DNA of 64,000 bases from contig JANXBF010000002.1 of NCBI GenBank assembly GCA_025057615.1, positions 16,654 through 80,653 on the forward strand, in the 5' to 3' direction. Both the position numbers and the translations under genes were made by a program. Shown here piece by piece: positions 28,366-37,813 of the stretch. The stretch's first letter is position 1. Each line of letters starts with the position of its first letter. The notes beneath the pieces were generated by a model. It saw only the letters and a program-made list of their open reading frames with translations, was not told where the DNA came from and did no database searches. The stretch comes from Candidatus Calescibacterium sp. (GTDB lineage: Bacteria; DRYD01).

Positions 28366-29706
28366 ATGAAAAGTTTTGATATCTACAAATATAAAGTTGT
28401 TGAAAAAATAAATATCTTGAGTATAGAAGAACGGGAAAAGATACTAGAAAAAGCCGGATATAATTTATTTAATATTAGTTCTAAGAATGTAACTATTGAT
28501 TTGCTTACAGACAGTGGTACAAACGCTATCAGTGATTTACAGTTATCTATGATGATGCTTTTTGATGAGTCTTATGCAGGTTCATCGAGTTTTGAAAGAT
28601 TCTTAGAAAGTGCTCAAAATTTCTGTAATAAAAAATATATAATTCCTGTACATCAGGGTAGGGCAGCTGAAAAGATAATAGCAGATATATTTTGCAAGGA
28701 AGGAAACTATGTTTTAAGTAATACTCATTTCGACACTGGATTTGCTATATACAGATATAAAGGCGCAATTCCTATAAATATACCTACACCTGAGATAGAT
28801 GATGATAGTTTTTGTTTCAAGGGTAACATTGATCTTTCTAGGTTAGAGTATCTACTTACAAATGAATGCAATAGAATTAGTCATGTTGTTATGACTATTA
28901 CGAATAATGCATTGGGTGGCCAACCTGTAGATATTGAAAATCTAAAACAAGCCTATTTACTTGTTAAACGTTATGATAAACCGTTTATTATAGATGGTTG
29001 CAGAATAGCTGAGAATGCAATGCTTTATAAAAAAGCAAAGAATGTGAATTTAAACATACGAGAAATCATACATTCATACACTTCTTACTGTGATATTTTC
29101 TATATGAGTACAAAGAAAGATGGGATTGCTCATATGGGTGGTTTTTTAGCGACTGATGAAGAGAAATGGGTATCAAAAATTAGGCAGCTGGCCATAATTT
29201 TTGAAGGTTTCCCTTCATATGGTGGTCTTTCGGGTAAAGATATGGAAATAATAGCTCGGGGATTAAATGAGGTTCTCTCAGAAGATTATTTGAATGATAG
29301 AATAAATCAGGTGTCTTTTTTGGGTTCATTACTTCACAAAGAAGGAATACCAGTAATAAAGCCATTTGGTGGACATGCTATATTTGTGGATGCCCAGAAA
29401 TTTATTGAACATATAACTCCTGATGATTTGGTAGGTCAGAGTTTGGTTGTGGAACTTTATAGACTTGGGGGAATAAGGGCTGTCGAAGTTGGTAATCTTA
29501 TGTATGGAAAAGATGCTATTAAAAATCTCGTTAGGTTGGCTATACCTCGTAGAGTTTATACATATAGCCATCTGGAGTATGTTTGCGAAATTTTTAAAGA
29601 AATAAAAAATAATAAGAAAAATTTAACTGGTTTTGAAGTGGTTTCATCAGATCCTTTAGTTCCTCATTTTACTGCTGTTCTTAGACCTAAAAAGGTAGGT
29701 GGATAG
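28366..29706 (+). CDS. tnaA: tryptophanase / tyrosine phenol-lyase family beta-eliminating lyase
   Basis: IDLLTDSGT, HQGRAAE, MSTKKDG (PLP Lys), EGFPSYGGL and RLAIPRRVYT; substrate (Trp or Tyr) not certain. Confidence 0.85.
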   Translation: MKSFDIYKYKVVEKINILSIEEREKILEKAGYNLFNISSKNVTIDLLTDSGTNAISDLQLSMMMLFDESYAGSSSFERFLESAQNFCNKKYIIPVHQGRAAEKIIADIFCKEGNYVLSNTHFDTGFAIYRYKGAIPINIPTPEIDDDSFCFKGNIDLSRLEYLLTNECNRISHVVMTITNNALGGQPVDIENLKQAYLLVKRYDKPFIIDGCRIAENAMLYKKAKNVNLNIREIIHSYTSYCDIFYMSTKKDGIAHMGGFLATDEEKWVSKIRQLAIIFEGFPSYGGLSGKDMEIIARGLNEVLSEDYLNDRINQVSFLGSLLHKEGIPVIKPFGGHAIFVDAQKFIEHITPDDLVGQSLVVELYRLGGIRAVEVGNLMYGKDAIKNLVRLAIPRRVYTYSHLEYVCEIFKEIKNNKKNLTGFEVVSSDPLVPHFTAVLRPKKVGG

Positions 29707-29793
29707 GTTTTTAGGTTGTTAATTTTTTGTTAATTTTTTTTCGAAAAACTTGACAAAACAATTTTTTACGATATTAATTCAGGGGAGAGTAAA

Positions 29794-30834
29794 ATGCCTC
29801 AAATAAAAGTTTTTTTTGATATAGAAAATAGTAAAGTAGAAAAATTTCTAAGGGATATTATTCGCAATTATGGAGAATTTGATTTAGCAGAGGGAATAGG
29901 AAATTGCCAATTGATATTTACTGACAAAGAAACAAAATATACCATAATAAATAGCGATAATTTTATTCTATCTCCATCTGAACCTACTGTAAATAAATCA
30001 ATATTTGTCATAAAAGTTATAGAAAAGATTAATAATTACGATTTTGAGGATTTAAACCAGAGTGATTTACCAGTATTGATTGTTGATTTTAATGATCCTT
30101 TAAAAACATCTACAAATGTTAGAAATGTCCTAATTTTTTGTAAGAGAATTTTTCAATGTGGGTATCCTGATGAAATATCTGCTCTAAAAAGGAAAATAGA
30201 AGAATTAGATAATCAAGTTATTGTTATTAGCAAAGGTTTGCAAGAAACTCTTGAGGAGATGATATTGAGATTATCATTAGCTGTTGAAGCACGGGATTAT
30301 TTCACAGGGGATCACGTAAAGAGAGTTGCTAACTATTGTAAAGTAATAGCTGAATATATTGGTCTTCCTTCTGATTTAGTTAATAAAATTTATTTAGCTA
30401 GTCCATTACACGATGTTGGTAAGATAGGTATCCCAGATAACATACTTCTTAAGCCCGGTAAACTGACAACTGAGGAATTCGAAGTGGTTAAAAAGCATAC
30501 TTTAATAGGGGCTCAGATACTTTCAAATTCTAAGCACGATGTTATAAAAAAGGCCGAGATAATAGCCTTGACACACCATGAAAAATATAATGGTACAGGG
30601 TATCCTTTGGGATTAAAGAAGGAGGAAATACCAATTGAGGGTAGGATAGTTGCTGTTGCAGACGTTTTTGATGCTTTGACAACAAGAAGACCATATAAAG
30701 AGCCATGGACAGTGGAAAATGCAATGATGCAAATAAAAAAGGAAGCAAATCAACATTTTGATCCTGAAATTGTTAACGCCTTTGTTAAGTGTATTAAAAA
30801 GATAATCGAAATTAAACATACTTTTTCTTGTTAG
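29794..30834 (+). CDS. HD-GYP domain phosphodiesterase with degenerate N-terminal domain
   Basis: EARDYFTGDH, LHDVGKIG, HHEKYNGTGYP, ADVFDAL and RPYK motifs. Confidence 0.92.
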   Translation: MPQIKVFFDIENSKVEKFLRDIIRNYGEFDLAEGIGNCQLIFTDKETKYTIINSDNFILSPSEPTVNKSIFVIKVIEKINNYDFEDLNQSDLPVLIVDFNDPLKTSTNVRNVLIFCKRIFQCGYPDEISALKRKIEELDNQVIVISKGLQETLEEMILRLSLAVEARDYFTGDHVKRVANYCKVIAEYIGLPSDLVNKIYLASPLHDVGKIGIPDNILLKPGKLTTEEFEVVKKHTLIGAQILSNSKHDVIKKAEIIALTHHEKYNGTGYPLGLKKEEIPIEGRIVAVADVFDALTTRRPYKEPWTVENAMMQIKKEANQHFDPEIVNAFVKCIKKIIEIKHTFSC

Positions 30835-30849
30835 AACCTTTTATTTTAA

Positions 30850-31263
30850 TTATTCTATCTTTTTTATTTCTTTTTCTATTATCAATTCTATAGAATTTTC
30901 GGTTTCTTTAACCAGAAATTTTGAACACAAGTAAGTTAGTATATGAATTGTTAGACCATTCTTTGAAAAATTTTGAAGAATATATTCACTTATTTTAGTG
31001 GAAATATTTATTTTTAAGAGTATTTTTTGATCCTCATCTTCAAGATTAAATTTGGTCGTTATATGGTTTTGTTTATTCATATCTATTAGTAGGTTGATTG
31101 CTTCAGAAACAATTAATTTTATATTCTCTATTTCTTCTAGAGTTATTTTTTGGGTTGATAGTAACCCTGAGATTACAAGTCTGGGTATTATTATTATATT
31201 TTCTTGTGAAGGGAAAGTTATAGTTATCTCGAGATTAGTTTTTGTGTTTTCCACAATTTTCAC
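30850..31263 (-). CDS. RsbW/SpoIIAB-like anti-sigma-factor fold protein (degenerate)
   Basis: PRLVISGL...EEIENIKLIVSEA resembles RsbW (IEDLKIAVSEA); ATP-binding boxes eroded. Confidence 0.5.
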   Translation of the reverse strand: MKIVENTKTNLEITITFPSQENIIIIPRLVISGLLSTQKITLEEIENIKLIVSEAINLLIDMNKQNHITTKFNLEDEDQKILLKINISTKISEYILQNFSKNGLTIHILTYLCSKFLVKETENSIELIIEKEIKKIE

Positions 31264-31636
31264 ACGTTCCTTCTAAATATATGTTTACTTTTTCTACATA
31301 GAAATCGTTGGGAAAGATTTCTATTTTCAACTCTTTTAGAGGTATATCAAAGATTTTTTTACATAGTTTACAGTAGAAGTTTAAATGTTCTTCTTCCATA
31401 AAATCAAATCTCTGTTCTTCTTTTATTTTTATATCGTGAATTATTTTTTTTTGTAAAAATAGATTCAGGTTAAGGTATACCGAGGTTTTGGATAGTGTTG
31501 GCAATTCTTTTTTGAGATGTGAATATATTTCATCTGCGGTAGGGTGAGTCTTGTTTTTCATCAGATATTCCAATATTTTTACTCTTATTATCGAAGGTTT
31601 TATATTATTCTTTTCTAATATTTTTTTTACTTTCAT
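31235..31636 (-). CDS. Fur-family transcriptional regulator (PerR-like)
   Basis: HPTADEIY, LSKTSVY, H..F.CKLC and CENC motifs. Confidence 0.9.
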   Translation of the reverse strand: MKVKKILEKNNIKPSIIRVKILEYLMKNKTHPTADEIYSHLKKELPTLSKTSVYLNLNLFLQKKIIHDIKIKEEQRFDFMEEEHLNFYCKLCKKIFDIPLKELKIEIFPNDFYVEKVNIYLEGTCENCGKHKN

Positions 31637-32214
31637 TGCTCTAATTTTTTGTTATTTTTTATTATTGATAAGTTTTTGTTAATAAGTAAATCAATTTTGA
31701 TGGATATAGAAAAAAGTAAATCAGAGATTCTATTTACTATTTTCAGGATTAAAGGATTTATATTGTATTTGGAATTTGCTTGTAATAATATTGGTTCTAC
31801 TTCTCTACATATTGATCTAGCTAAGTGCAAAGAGGCGCTGTAGGGGTCATTCCCAGGGATTATAAAGTTTTTGAGTTGTGGTAATTCTTCCCATATTTTG
31901 TCTATTTGTGATTCTATATACTCAATATCTTTTTCTTCTATTCTTTCTATATTTTGAATATTTGTTCCAGCTAAGTCTGTCATAATTTTGAAACAAATTA
32001 TTTGTAGTTTTTCTAACTCGTTTGCTATCTCTTTTATTTTTGCTCTACTATTTTTTCTCTTTATTGAACTTATTAATGATTTGGAGAATCCTATGAACGA
32101 TACTAATGTATCAATTTTACCATACGCCATTACTAGAGGATCATTTTTAGGGACTGTTTCTCCGCTGTAAAGTCTTGTTGATCCTTTATCTCCTATTTTT
32201 GTATATATTTTCAT
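31633..32214 (-). CDS. cob(I)alamin adenosyltransferase, PduO type
   Basis: [32 protein letters not shown] and NRISDLLF motifs. Confidence 0.9.
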   Translation of the reverse strand: MKIYTKIGDKGSTRLYSGETVPKNDPLVMAYGKIDTLVSFIGFSKSLISSIKRKNSRAKIKEIANELEKLQIICFKIMTDLAGTNIQNIERIEEKDIEYIESQIDKIWEELPQLKNFIIPGNDPYSASLHLARSICREVEPILLQANSKYNINPLILKIVNRISDLLFSISIKIDLLINKNLSIIKNNKKLEQ

Positions 32215-33332
32215 TGTTTTTTCTTGAATATTTTGTCAAAAAAACTTTTTTTGTTATCTTCTTTTGATTCTGAAAACAGATGTCTAATTGATTCCAATGC
32301 TTTAATTTGCTCTGATGATAACTTTTTAGGAAATACTATTTTTAATTTTATGATAAAGTCTCCTTTTTTGTTTGAATCCTTGGTTGGCATACCTTGATTT
32401 TTTATTACTATTTCTGAGCCTGGTTGAGTTGATGGAGGTACTTCTGCTTCTATGTAACCACTAATATGTGGAACTTTTATTTTTGTTCCCAGTATTGCAT
32501 CTATGAAATTTATGGGGTATTCTATTATTAAATTGCTATTTTTTCTGATTAAAAATGGATGATCCAATATTTTTATTTTTATGTATAAATCTCCATTTCT
32601 GCCACCATTTATTCCTTCATTTCCTTGTCCCTGGATTAGTAGAACTTCTCCATTTTCTACTCCTTTGGGTATATTTATTTCTATTTCTTTTTCTTGTTGT
32701 ATAAATTTGTTGCCTTGGCATGTGGGACATATTCTTTTTGGTGTATAGCCCCAACCATGACATTGATCACAGGTGTACGTACTTACGACAGTTCCCCATA
32801 AAGATTTCGCTCTATAACTGACTTGTCCAGTTCCTTTACATTTTTCACATTTTATCAATTCCTCTTTCGGGAATCCCAATCCTTGACATTGGTGACATAC
32901 TTTTTTGTAGGGTATTTTTATTTTCTGTGTTTTCCCAAAATATGCATCTTCTAATGTTATTTCTAAGTTTAATGTTATGTCTTTTCCTTTTTGCGGTCTA
33001 TATAGTTCATCTATAGGATTAACTCTGTTGTAAGTAGTGGATTTGAAAATAAAGTCATCGAATAATTCTGAAAAGATATCGAAAATATCTGATGTTTGAA
33101 CATTTCCTTGATAAGTATTTTCTATTTTTCCGTAGCGATCATATATCCTTCTTTTTTCTGGATCGCTTAATACTTGAAAAGCCTCATTTATTTCTTTGAA
33201 TTTTTTTTCTGCCTCTTCTTTGTTTTCTGCTACATCTGGATGATATGTTTTAGCCAATTTCCTATATGCTGTTTTTATTTCTTCTTCTGAAGCGTTTCTA
33301 CTGACCCCAAGGATTTCGTAATAATCTTTCAT
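32211..33332 (-). CDS. dnaJ: chaperone DnaJ
   Basis: J-domain with HPD, four CxxCxG zinc motifs, C-terminal domain. Confidence 0.95.
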   Translation of the reverse strand: MKDYYEILGVSRNASEEEIKTAYRKLAKTYHPDVAENKEEAEKKFKEINEAFQVLSDPEKRRIYDRYGKIENTYQGNVQTSDIFDIFSELFDDFIFKSTTYNRVNPIDELYRPQKGKDITLNLEITLEDAYFGKTQKIKIPYKKVCHQCQGLGFPKEELIKCEKCKGTGQVSYRAKSLWGTVVSTYTCDQCHGWGYTPKRICPTCQGNKFIQQEKEIEINIPKGVENGEVLLIQGQGNEGINGGRNGDLYIKIKILDHPFLIRKNSNLIIEYPINFIDAILGTKIKVPHISGYIEAEVPPSTQPGSEIVIKNQGMPTKDSNKKGDFIIKLKIVFPKKLSSEQIKALESIRHLFSESKEDNKKSFFDKIFKKKQ

Positions 33333-33339
33333 ACCCTAT

Positions 33340-35223
33340 TTAGCTTTCTTTCTTCTTTTTGAACCATGATAATATATCTTCATCTGTTACTTTTTTAATT
33401 TGTTCTAATATTGATGAATCTTTGGTTTTCTGTTGAGAAGGTCCTGCTTCAATTAAGATTTTTTCTTTTTGTTCACTTATTTGTTTTTCCATTATGTTGT
33501 ACAGTTCTGTACCTAGCGCAAAATTTAAGCTCCTCAACTCTTCTGTTAATTTTTTTATTTCCTCAAATTTTTTGGAATCTATTGCCAATTTTAATGCTTC
33601 CATTACTTTTTTGGCTTTTTCGAGCATTTTTAGATCCAGTAACTCGGAATGATTTCTTATTATGTTTTCTGCAGAATCAAGTTCCACGCTTGCTTGTGAC
33701 AATATTTGCTGTTCTTCTCTTATTTTTCTGTCTACTTGAGCATATTTTGAAGCTTCTTCTAACATTCTCTCTACTTCTGTCCTATCTAAATGTAGAACAG
33801 AATGTATTACCACTCTTTGTTTGTTTCCTGTCGCTAAATCTATAGCACTAACGTGCAATATTCCATCTGCGTCTATCTCAAAAGTTACTTCTATTTTAGG
33901 TACTCCTTTTGGTGCTGGTGGAATACCTACCAAATCAAATCTTGCCAATGATTTGTTATACTTTGCTAACTCTCTTTCTCCTTGTAAGATATGTACTTCC
34001 ACTACTTGTTGCCCATCCTGAACTGTGGTAAATATTTTTGTTTTTTTGACGGGTATTTGAGTGTTTCTTGGGATTATTTTAGTAAATCCTCCACCTGCTG
34101 TTTCAACTCCTAGCGATAGTGATGTAACATCAAGCAAGACCATTTCCTTAACATTTCCTTCTATGATTCCTGCTTGTATTGCAGCACCAATTGCCACTAC
34201 TTTATCTGGATCTATATCTTTTCTGGGCTCTCTGTTGAATATTTTTTTTGCCATTTCTTGAACCATTGGCATCCTTGTTGCTCCACCAACCAAGATTACA
34301 TCATCTATTTGGTTATATCGCAGATTGGCTGCTTTGAACGCTTCTTCTACAGGTATTCTTAGTCTTTCTACTAAATCTTTTGTCATCTCTTCAAATTCTT
34401 TTCTTGTTAAGGAGTAGTTTATATGCTTTGCTCCTGTGGCATCTGAGGTTATGAATGGAATTTTTATTGTTGTTTCTTCCTTACTTGAAAGTTCTATTTT
34501 AGCTTTTTCTGAAGCTTCTAATATTTTTTGTAGAGCTTCTTTTTGTATTTTTAAATCTATTCCGTAGTCTTCATAGAACTTGTTTATTATCCAGTTCATT
34601 ATTCTTTCATCCCAATCGTCTCCACCTAGGAAGTTATCTCCTGCTGTTCCGAGAACTTGGTAAATACCTTCTCCTATCTCTAGGATAGATACATCAAATG
34701 TTCCTCCACCCAGATCGAAAACTACTATTGTTTGTATTTTTTGTTGTTTATCGAAACCATATGCCATGGCTGCAGCAGTTGGTTCATTGAGGATTCTGAC
34801 TACTTCCAATCCTGCAATTGTCCCAGCATCTTTTGTTGCTTGACGTTGAGCATCATCAAAGTGTGCGGGCACTGTTATAACAGCCTTATCTATTTTTGTT
34901 TCCAAATAACTTTCACAGTCCAGTTTCATTTTTTGTAATATCATTCCGGATATTTCTTGTGGAGTATACTCTTTGTTATCTATTTTAACTTTGTAATTGG
35001 TTCCCATTTTTCGTTTTATACTTTTGATTGTCCTATCTGGATTTATAATTAATTGCCTTTTGGCAAGAGATCCAACTATCCTCTCACCTGTTTTTGTGAA
35101 ACTAACTATTGATGGTGTTAGGTATTCTCCTTCAGAATTTGGTATAACAGTTGGTTTACCTCCTTCTATTATTGCCATTACACTATTTGTTGTGCCAAGA
35201 TCTATACCTAAAATTTTGGGCAT
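33340..35223 (-). CDS. dnaK: chaperone DnaK (Hsp70), divergent
   Basis: GIDLGTTNS, NEPTAAA, DLGGGTFDVS, VGGATRMP and EVTFEIDADGI motifs. Confidence 0.95.
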   Translation of the reverse strand: MPKILGIDLGTTNSVMAIIEGGKPTVIPNSEGEYLTPSIVSFTKTGERIVGSLAKRQLIINPDRTIKSIKRKMGTNYKVKIDNKEYTPQEISGMILQKMKLDCESYLETKIDKAVITVPAHFDDAQRQATKDAGTIAGLEVVRILNEPTAAAMAYGFDKQQKIQTIVVFDLGGGTFDVSILEIGEGIYQVLGTAGDNFLGGDDWDERIMNWIINKFYEDYGIDLKIQKEALQKILEASEKAKIELSSKEETTIKIPFITSDATGAKHINYSLTRKEFEEMTKDLVERLRIPVEEAFKAANLRYNQIDDVILVGGATRMPMVQEMAKKIFNREPRKDIDPDKVVAIGAAIQAGIIEGNVKEMVLLDVTSLSLGVETAGGGFTKIIPRNTQIPVKKTKIFTTVQDGQQVVEVHILQGERELAKYNKSLARFDLVGIPPAPKGVPKIEVTFEIDADGILHVSAIDLATGNKQRVVIHSVLHLDRTEVERMLEEASKYAQVDRKIREEQQILSQASVELDSAENIIRNHSELLDLKMLEKAKKVMEALKLAIDSKKFEEIKKLTEELRSLNFALGTELYNIMEKQISEQKEKILIEAGPSQQKTKDSSILEQIKKVTDEDILSWFKKKKES

Positions 35224-35225
35224 AA

Positions 35226-36011
35226 TCACACCTCACTTTGGTTTCTTAGTTTAAAAACCTTGACTGATGCTGGTCTTATAACTTTGTCCATTAATTTGTA
35301 TGCAGGTCTATATTCCTGAGATATTATCCTATCTTTTTCTTCTTGTTCTGTTTCTTCTGTTTCTATTGCCTCATGTATTGATGGATCAAATTGATCTCCC
35401 ACATTTGATTTGATTATTTCTAATCCCTCATTTTTTAAAACATCGATTAATTGAGTATATATTAATTCTACCCCTTTTATTATTTCTTCTATGTTTTGTG
35501 TATTTCTTATTGATTTTAGAGATATTTCAAAACTGTCTATAACTGGTATTAAATTATATATTATTCTTTCTTTTGATTCTCTTTTAAGTTTTTCAAAATT
35601 TTTTTCTGTTCTATGTATGTAATTTTCATATTCTGTTTTTATGTCTCTGTATGCTATGCTTAGCTTTTGATATCTGTCAACTAATTCCTGGTATTTATAT
35701 TCATATTCTTGGACTTGTGTTTTAAGCTCCTTTTCTAAATTTTCTTTCTCTTGCTTTATTTTTTCATACTCTTCTGTTGAGAATTCCTCTTTTAAGGCTT
35801 TGACTTTTTCATTTTCTTTTTCTATGTAATTACTTAATTCAGAGATTTTTTCTTCAAAAATTGAGCATATTAATCTCAGTAGATCGTTAATTTTATATAT
35901 ATCTTGGGTTTCTTTGATTTTTTCTAATGATTTTTGGAAAGTATTTAAAAAATCATATTTTTGTATAATTTCTTCTATATATTGTATATTTCTTTGGATT
36001 TTGTTTTCCAT
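35226..36011 (-). CDS. grpE: nucleotide exchange factor GrpE with long N-terminal coiled coil
   Basis: LIPVIDSFE, FDPSIHEA and VIRPASVKV; directly upstream of dnaK. Confidence 0.9.
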   Translation of the reverse strand: MENKIQRNIQYIEEIIQKYDFLNTFQKSLEKIKETQDIYKINDLLRLICSIFEEKISELSNYIEKENEKVKALKEEFSTEEYEKIKQEKENLEKELKTQVQEYEYKYQELVDRYQKLSIAYRDIKTEYENYIHRTEKNFEKLKRESKERIIYNLIPVIDSFEISLKSIRNTQNIEEIIKGVELIYTQLIDVLKNEGLEIIKSNVGDQFDPSIHEAIETEETEQEEKDRIISQEYRPAYKLMDKVIRPASVKVFKLRNQSEV

Positions 36012-36793
36012 ACTATTCCCCGCTTTCTTTTTATTATTTCTGACAGAAGGAATATGAATACCAATGTTATTGTTATTGTTGAACTTACAGGGATATTAAA
36101 TGTGAACGAGATAAAGTATCCTGATAAGAATGAAAAAAAGCTTAATATTGAAGTTAAAAATATGCATTTTTCAATACTGTTTGAGTTTTTTATTGCTATT
36201 GTTGCAGGTATTGTAAGTATCGCAATTAATAATATTATTCCCATTGCTTTTATTGTGAATACTATTGCTAATCCTACTAATGATAAAATCAATATATTAA
36301 ACAAATCTGTTTTTACCCCTATTATTTTACTATACTCTTCATCTATTATTAAGTTCTTTATTTCTCTATTGAACACCGTATAGATTATTATACAGATTAA
36401 AGAAAAAATTGTGGATATTATTATGTCTGAATTATCTGTAAACAATATATTTCCAAAAAGGTAGAAAGAAATAGTAGATGAGTAAGTGTTTGACAAGTTT
36501 ATTAATATTATACCTATTGATACCCCTATAACCCATATTATTGATAATGCTATTTCTTCATTAATTTTCTTATTTTGTTTTATGTAATGAATTATTATTG
36601 ATGTTAAAAATACAAATGGTATTGAAGTTATAACGGGATTTACTTTTAATATATTTGATAATGCTACGCTTGCAAGCAAAGAATGTGATATACTACCTGC
36701 TATTGACGACATTTTTTTTAATACAACTATTGTTCCTATTATACCTGTTATTATACTAACATTTATAAAAAATAGCAATAATTGAATATCCAC
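35975..36793 (-). CDS. metal (Zn/Mn) ABC transporter permease, ZnuB family
   Basis: SISHSLL, YLFGNIL, GIILLIAILTIPA; multiple TM segments. Confidence 0.88.
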   Translation of the reverse strand: MDIQLLLFFINVSIITGIIGTIVVLKKMSSIAGSISHSLLASVALSNILKVNPVITSIPFVFLTSIIIHYIKQNKKINEEIALSIIWVIGVSIGIILINLSNTYSSTISFYLFGNILFTDNSDIIISTIFSLICIIIYTVFNREIKNLIIDEEYSKIIGVKTDLFNILILSLVGLAIVFTIKAMGIILLIAILTIPATIAIKNSNSIEKCIFLTSILSFFSFLSGYFISFTFNIPVSSTITITLVFIFLLSEIIKRKRGIVWKTKSKEIYNI

Positions 36794-36875
36794 AATAATC
36801 TATTTTGACGATATTAATTTTTTACCTCTTGCTGACCAATAGGTGTTTTGTTAAGGATTTTATGGAGGTTATTTA

Positions 36876-36887
36876 ATGTTTTTGTAG
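36876..36887 (+). other. 3-codon upstream ORF (MFL*) with strong RBS, in frame with nuoJ
   Basis: GGAGG at 36864-36868, then ATG TTT TTG TAG; the nuoJ ATG lies 24 nt downstream of the uORF ATG, in the same frame. Confidence 0.45.
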
Positions 36888-36899
36888 AACTTTAAAAAC

Positions 36900-37430
36900 A
36901 TGTTATCCGAGGTTGTATACTTGGTTTTGTTGTTAGGGGTATTGATACTCAGTTTAGTTGCTATTTTTAGCAGAGAAATTTTTAAGGCAGCCGTTTCTTT
37001 GGTTTTTGCCTTTATATTTCTAAGTGGTATGTATTTACTTCTGGGTGCAGAGTTTCTTGCTGTTATCCAGCTTATAATATACGCTGGTGCTATTGCTATC
37101 CTAATACTTTTTGCTATAATGCATACTCCTGCAAAGATAGAGAATTTGGGTGATGCTAAAATTTTTGACTACAAACCACATTACATCAATGCTTTTATAA
37201 TCGGAATTATTATTTTTTCAATACTTATGTTTGTAGCAATAGTTATATTAAATGAATTAAACATAAATGTTAATAATTATAAAGTTACTTTGGTTGACTT
37301 TGCCAATGCTCTTTTCAATATAAAAGATTTTGATAATTATGGAGGTAGGTTTGTTCTAGTTTTTGAACTTGCAGGAATATTGATACTTGCTTCTATTGTG
37401 GCTGCTATAACTGTTGCAAAAAAGGAGTAA
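36900..37430 (+). CDS. nuoJ: NADH-quinone oxidoreductase subunit J
   Basis: LGAEFLAVIQLIIYAGAIAILILFAIM and FELAGILIL. Confidence 0.93.
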   Translation: MLSEVVYLVLLLGVLILSLVAIFSREIFKAAVSLVFAFIFLSGMYLLLGAEFLAVIQLIIYAGAIAILILFAIMHTPAKIENLGDAKIFDYKPHYINAFIIGIIIFSILMFVAIVILNELNINVNNYKVTLVDFANALFNIKDFDNYGGRFVLVFELAGILILASIVAAITVAKKE

Positions 37431-37432
37431 TT

Positions 37433-37765
37433 ATGGATAATATACTTGTAATAACAACATTCATTGTTAGTTTGATAATGATAACCGCTGGATTGGTTGG
37501 TATTATATACAGGAGAAATTTGGTTGCTATCTTAATATCTATAGAAGTTATACTTAATGCTATAAATCTTGACTTCATAATGTTTTCGCGATTGAAATCA
37601 AACATGAATCAACTTATTGATGGTCAAACTTTCGCGCTTTTTAACATATTGATTGCCGCAGTTGAAATAACGGTTGGACTGGCCATAATATTTGCCATAA
37701 GAAATACAATGCAAACAAGTGATATTGACAAATTGAGTAATATCAAAGAAATAACAGAAGATTAG
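37433..37765 (+). CDS. nuoK: NADH-quinone oxidoreductase subunit K
   Basis: RRNLVAILISIEVILNA, GQTFALF, AAVEITVGLAI. Confidence 0.94.
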   Translation: MDNILVITTFIVSLIMITAGLVGIIYRRNLVAILISIEVILNAINLDFIMFSRLKSNMNQLIDGQTFALFNILIAAVEITVGLAIIFAIRNTMQTSDIDKLSNIKEITED

Positions 37766-37813
37766 TAATCTTTCTTATCTTCTGTATTTTTAAATTGGAA
37801 GGGGGAGTAAACG

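Noticed and set aside
29750-29780. Perfect TTGACA upstream of the HD-GYP gene as a sigma70 promoter
   Set aside because: No convincing TAnnnT -10 element at 16-18 bp spacing, so I did not call it as a feature.
29768-36819. Shared 12-mer ACGATATTAATT upstream of the HD-GYP gene and in the znuB/nuoJ gap
   Set aside because: A near copy also lies inside gcvPB, and such an AT-rich word is expected by chance.
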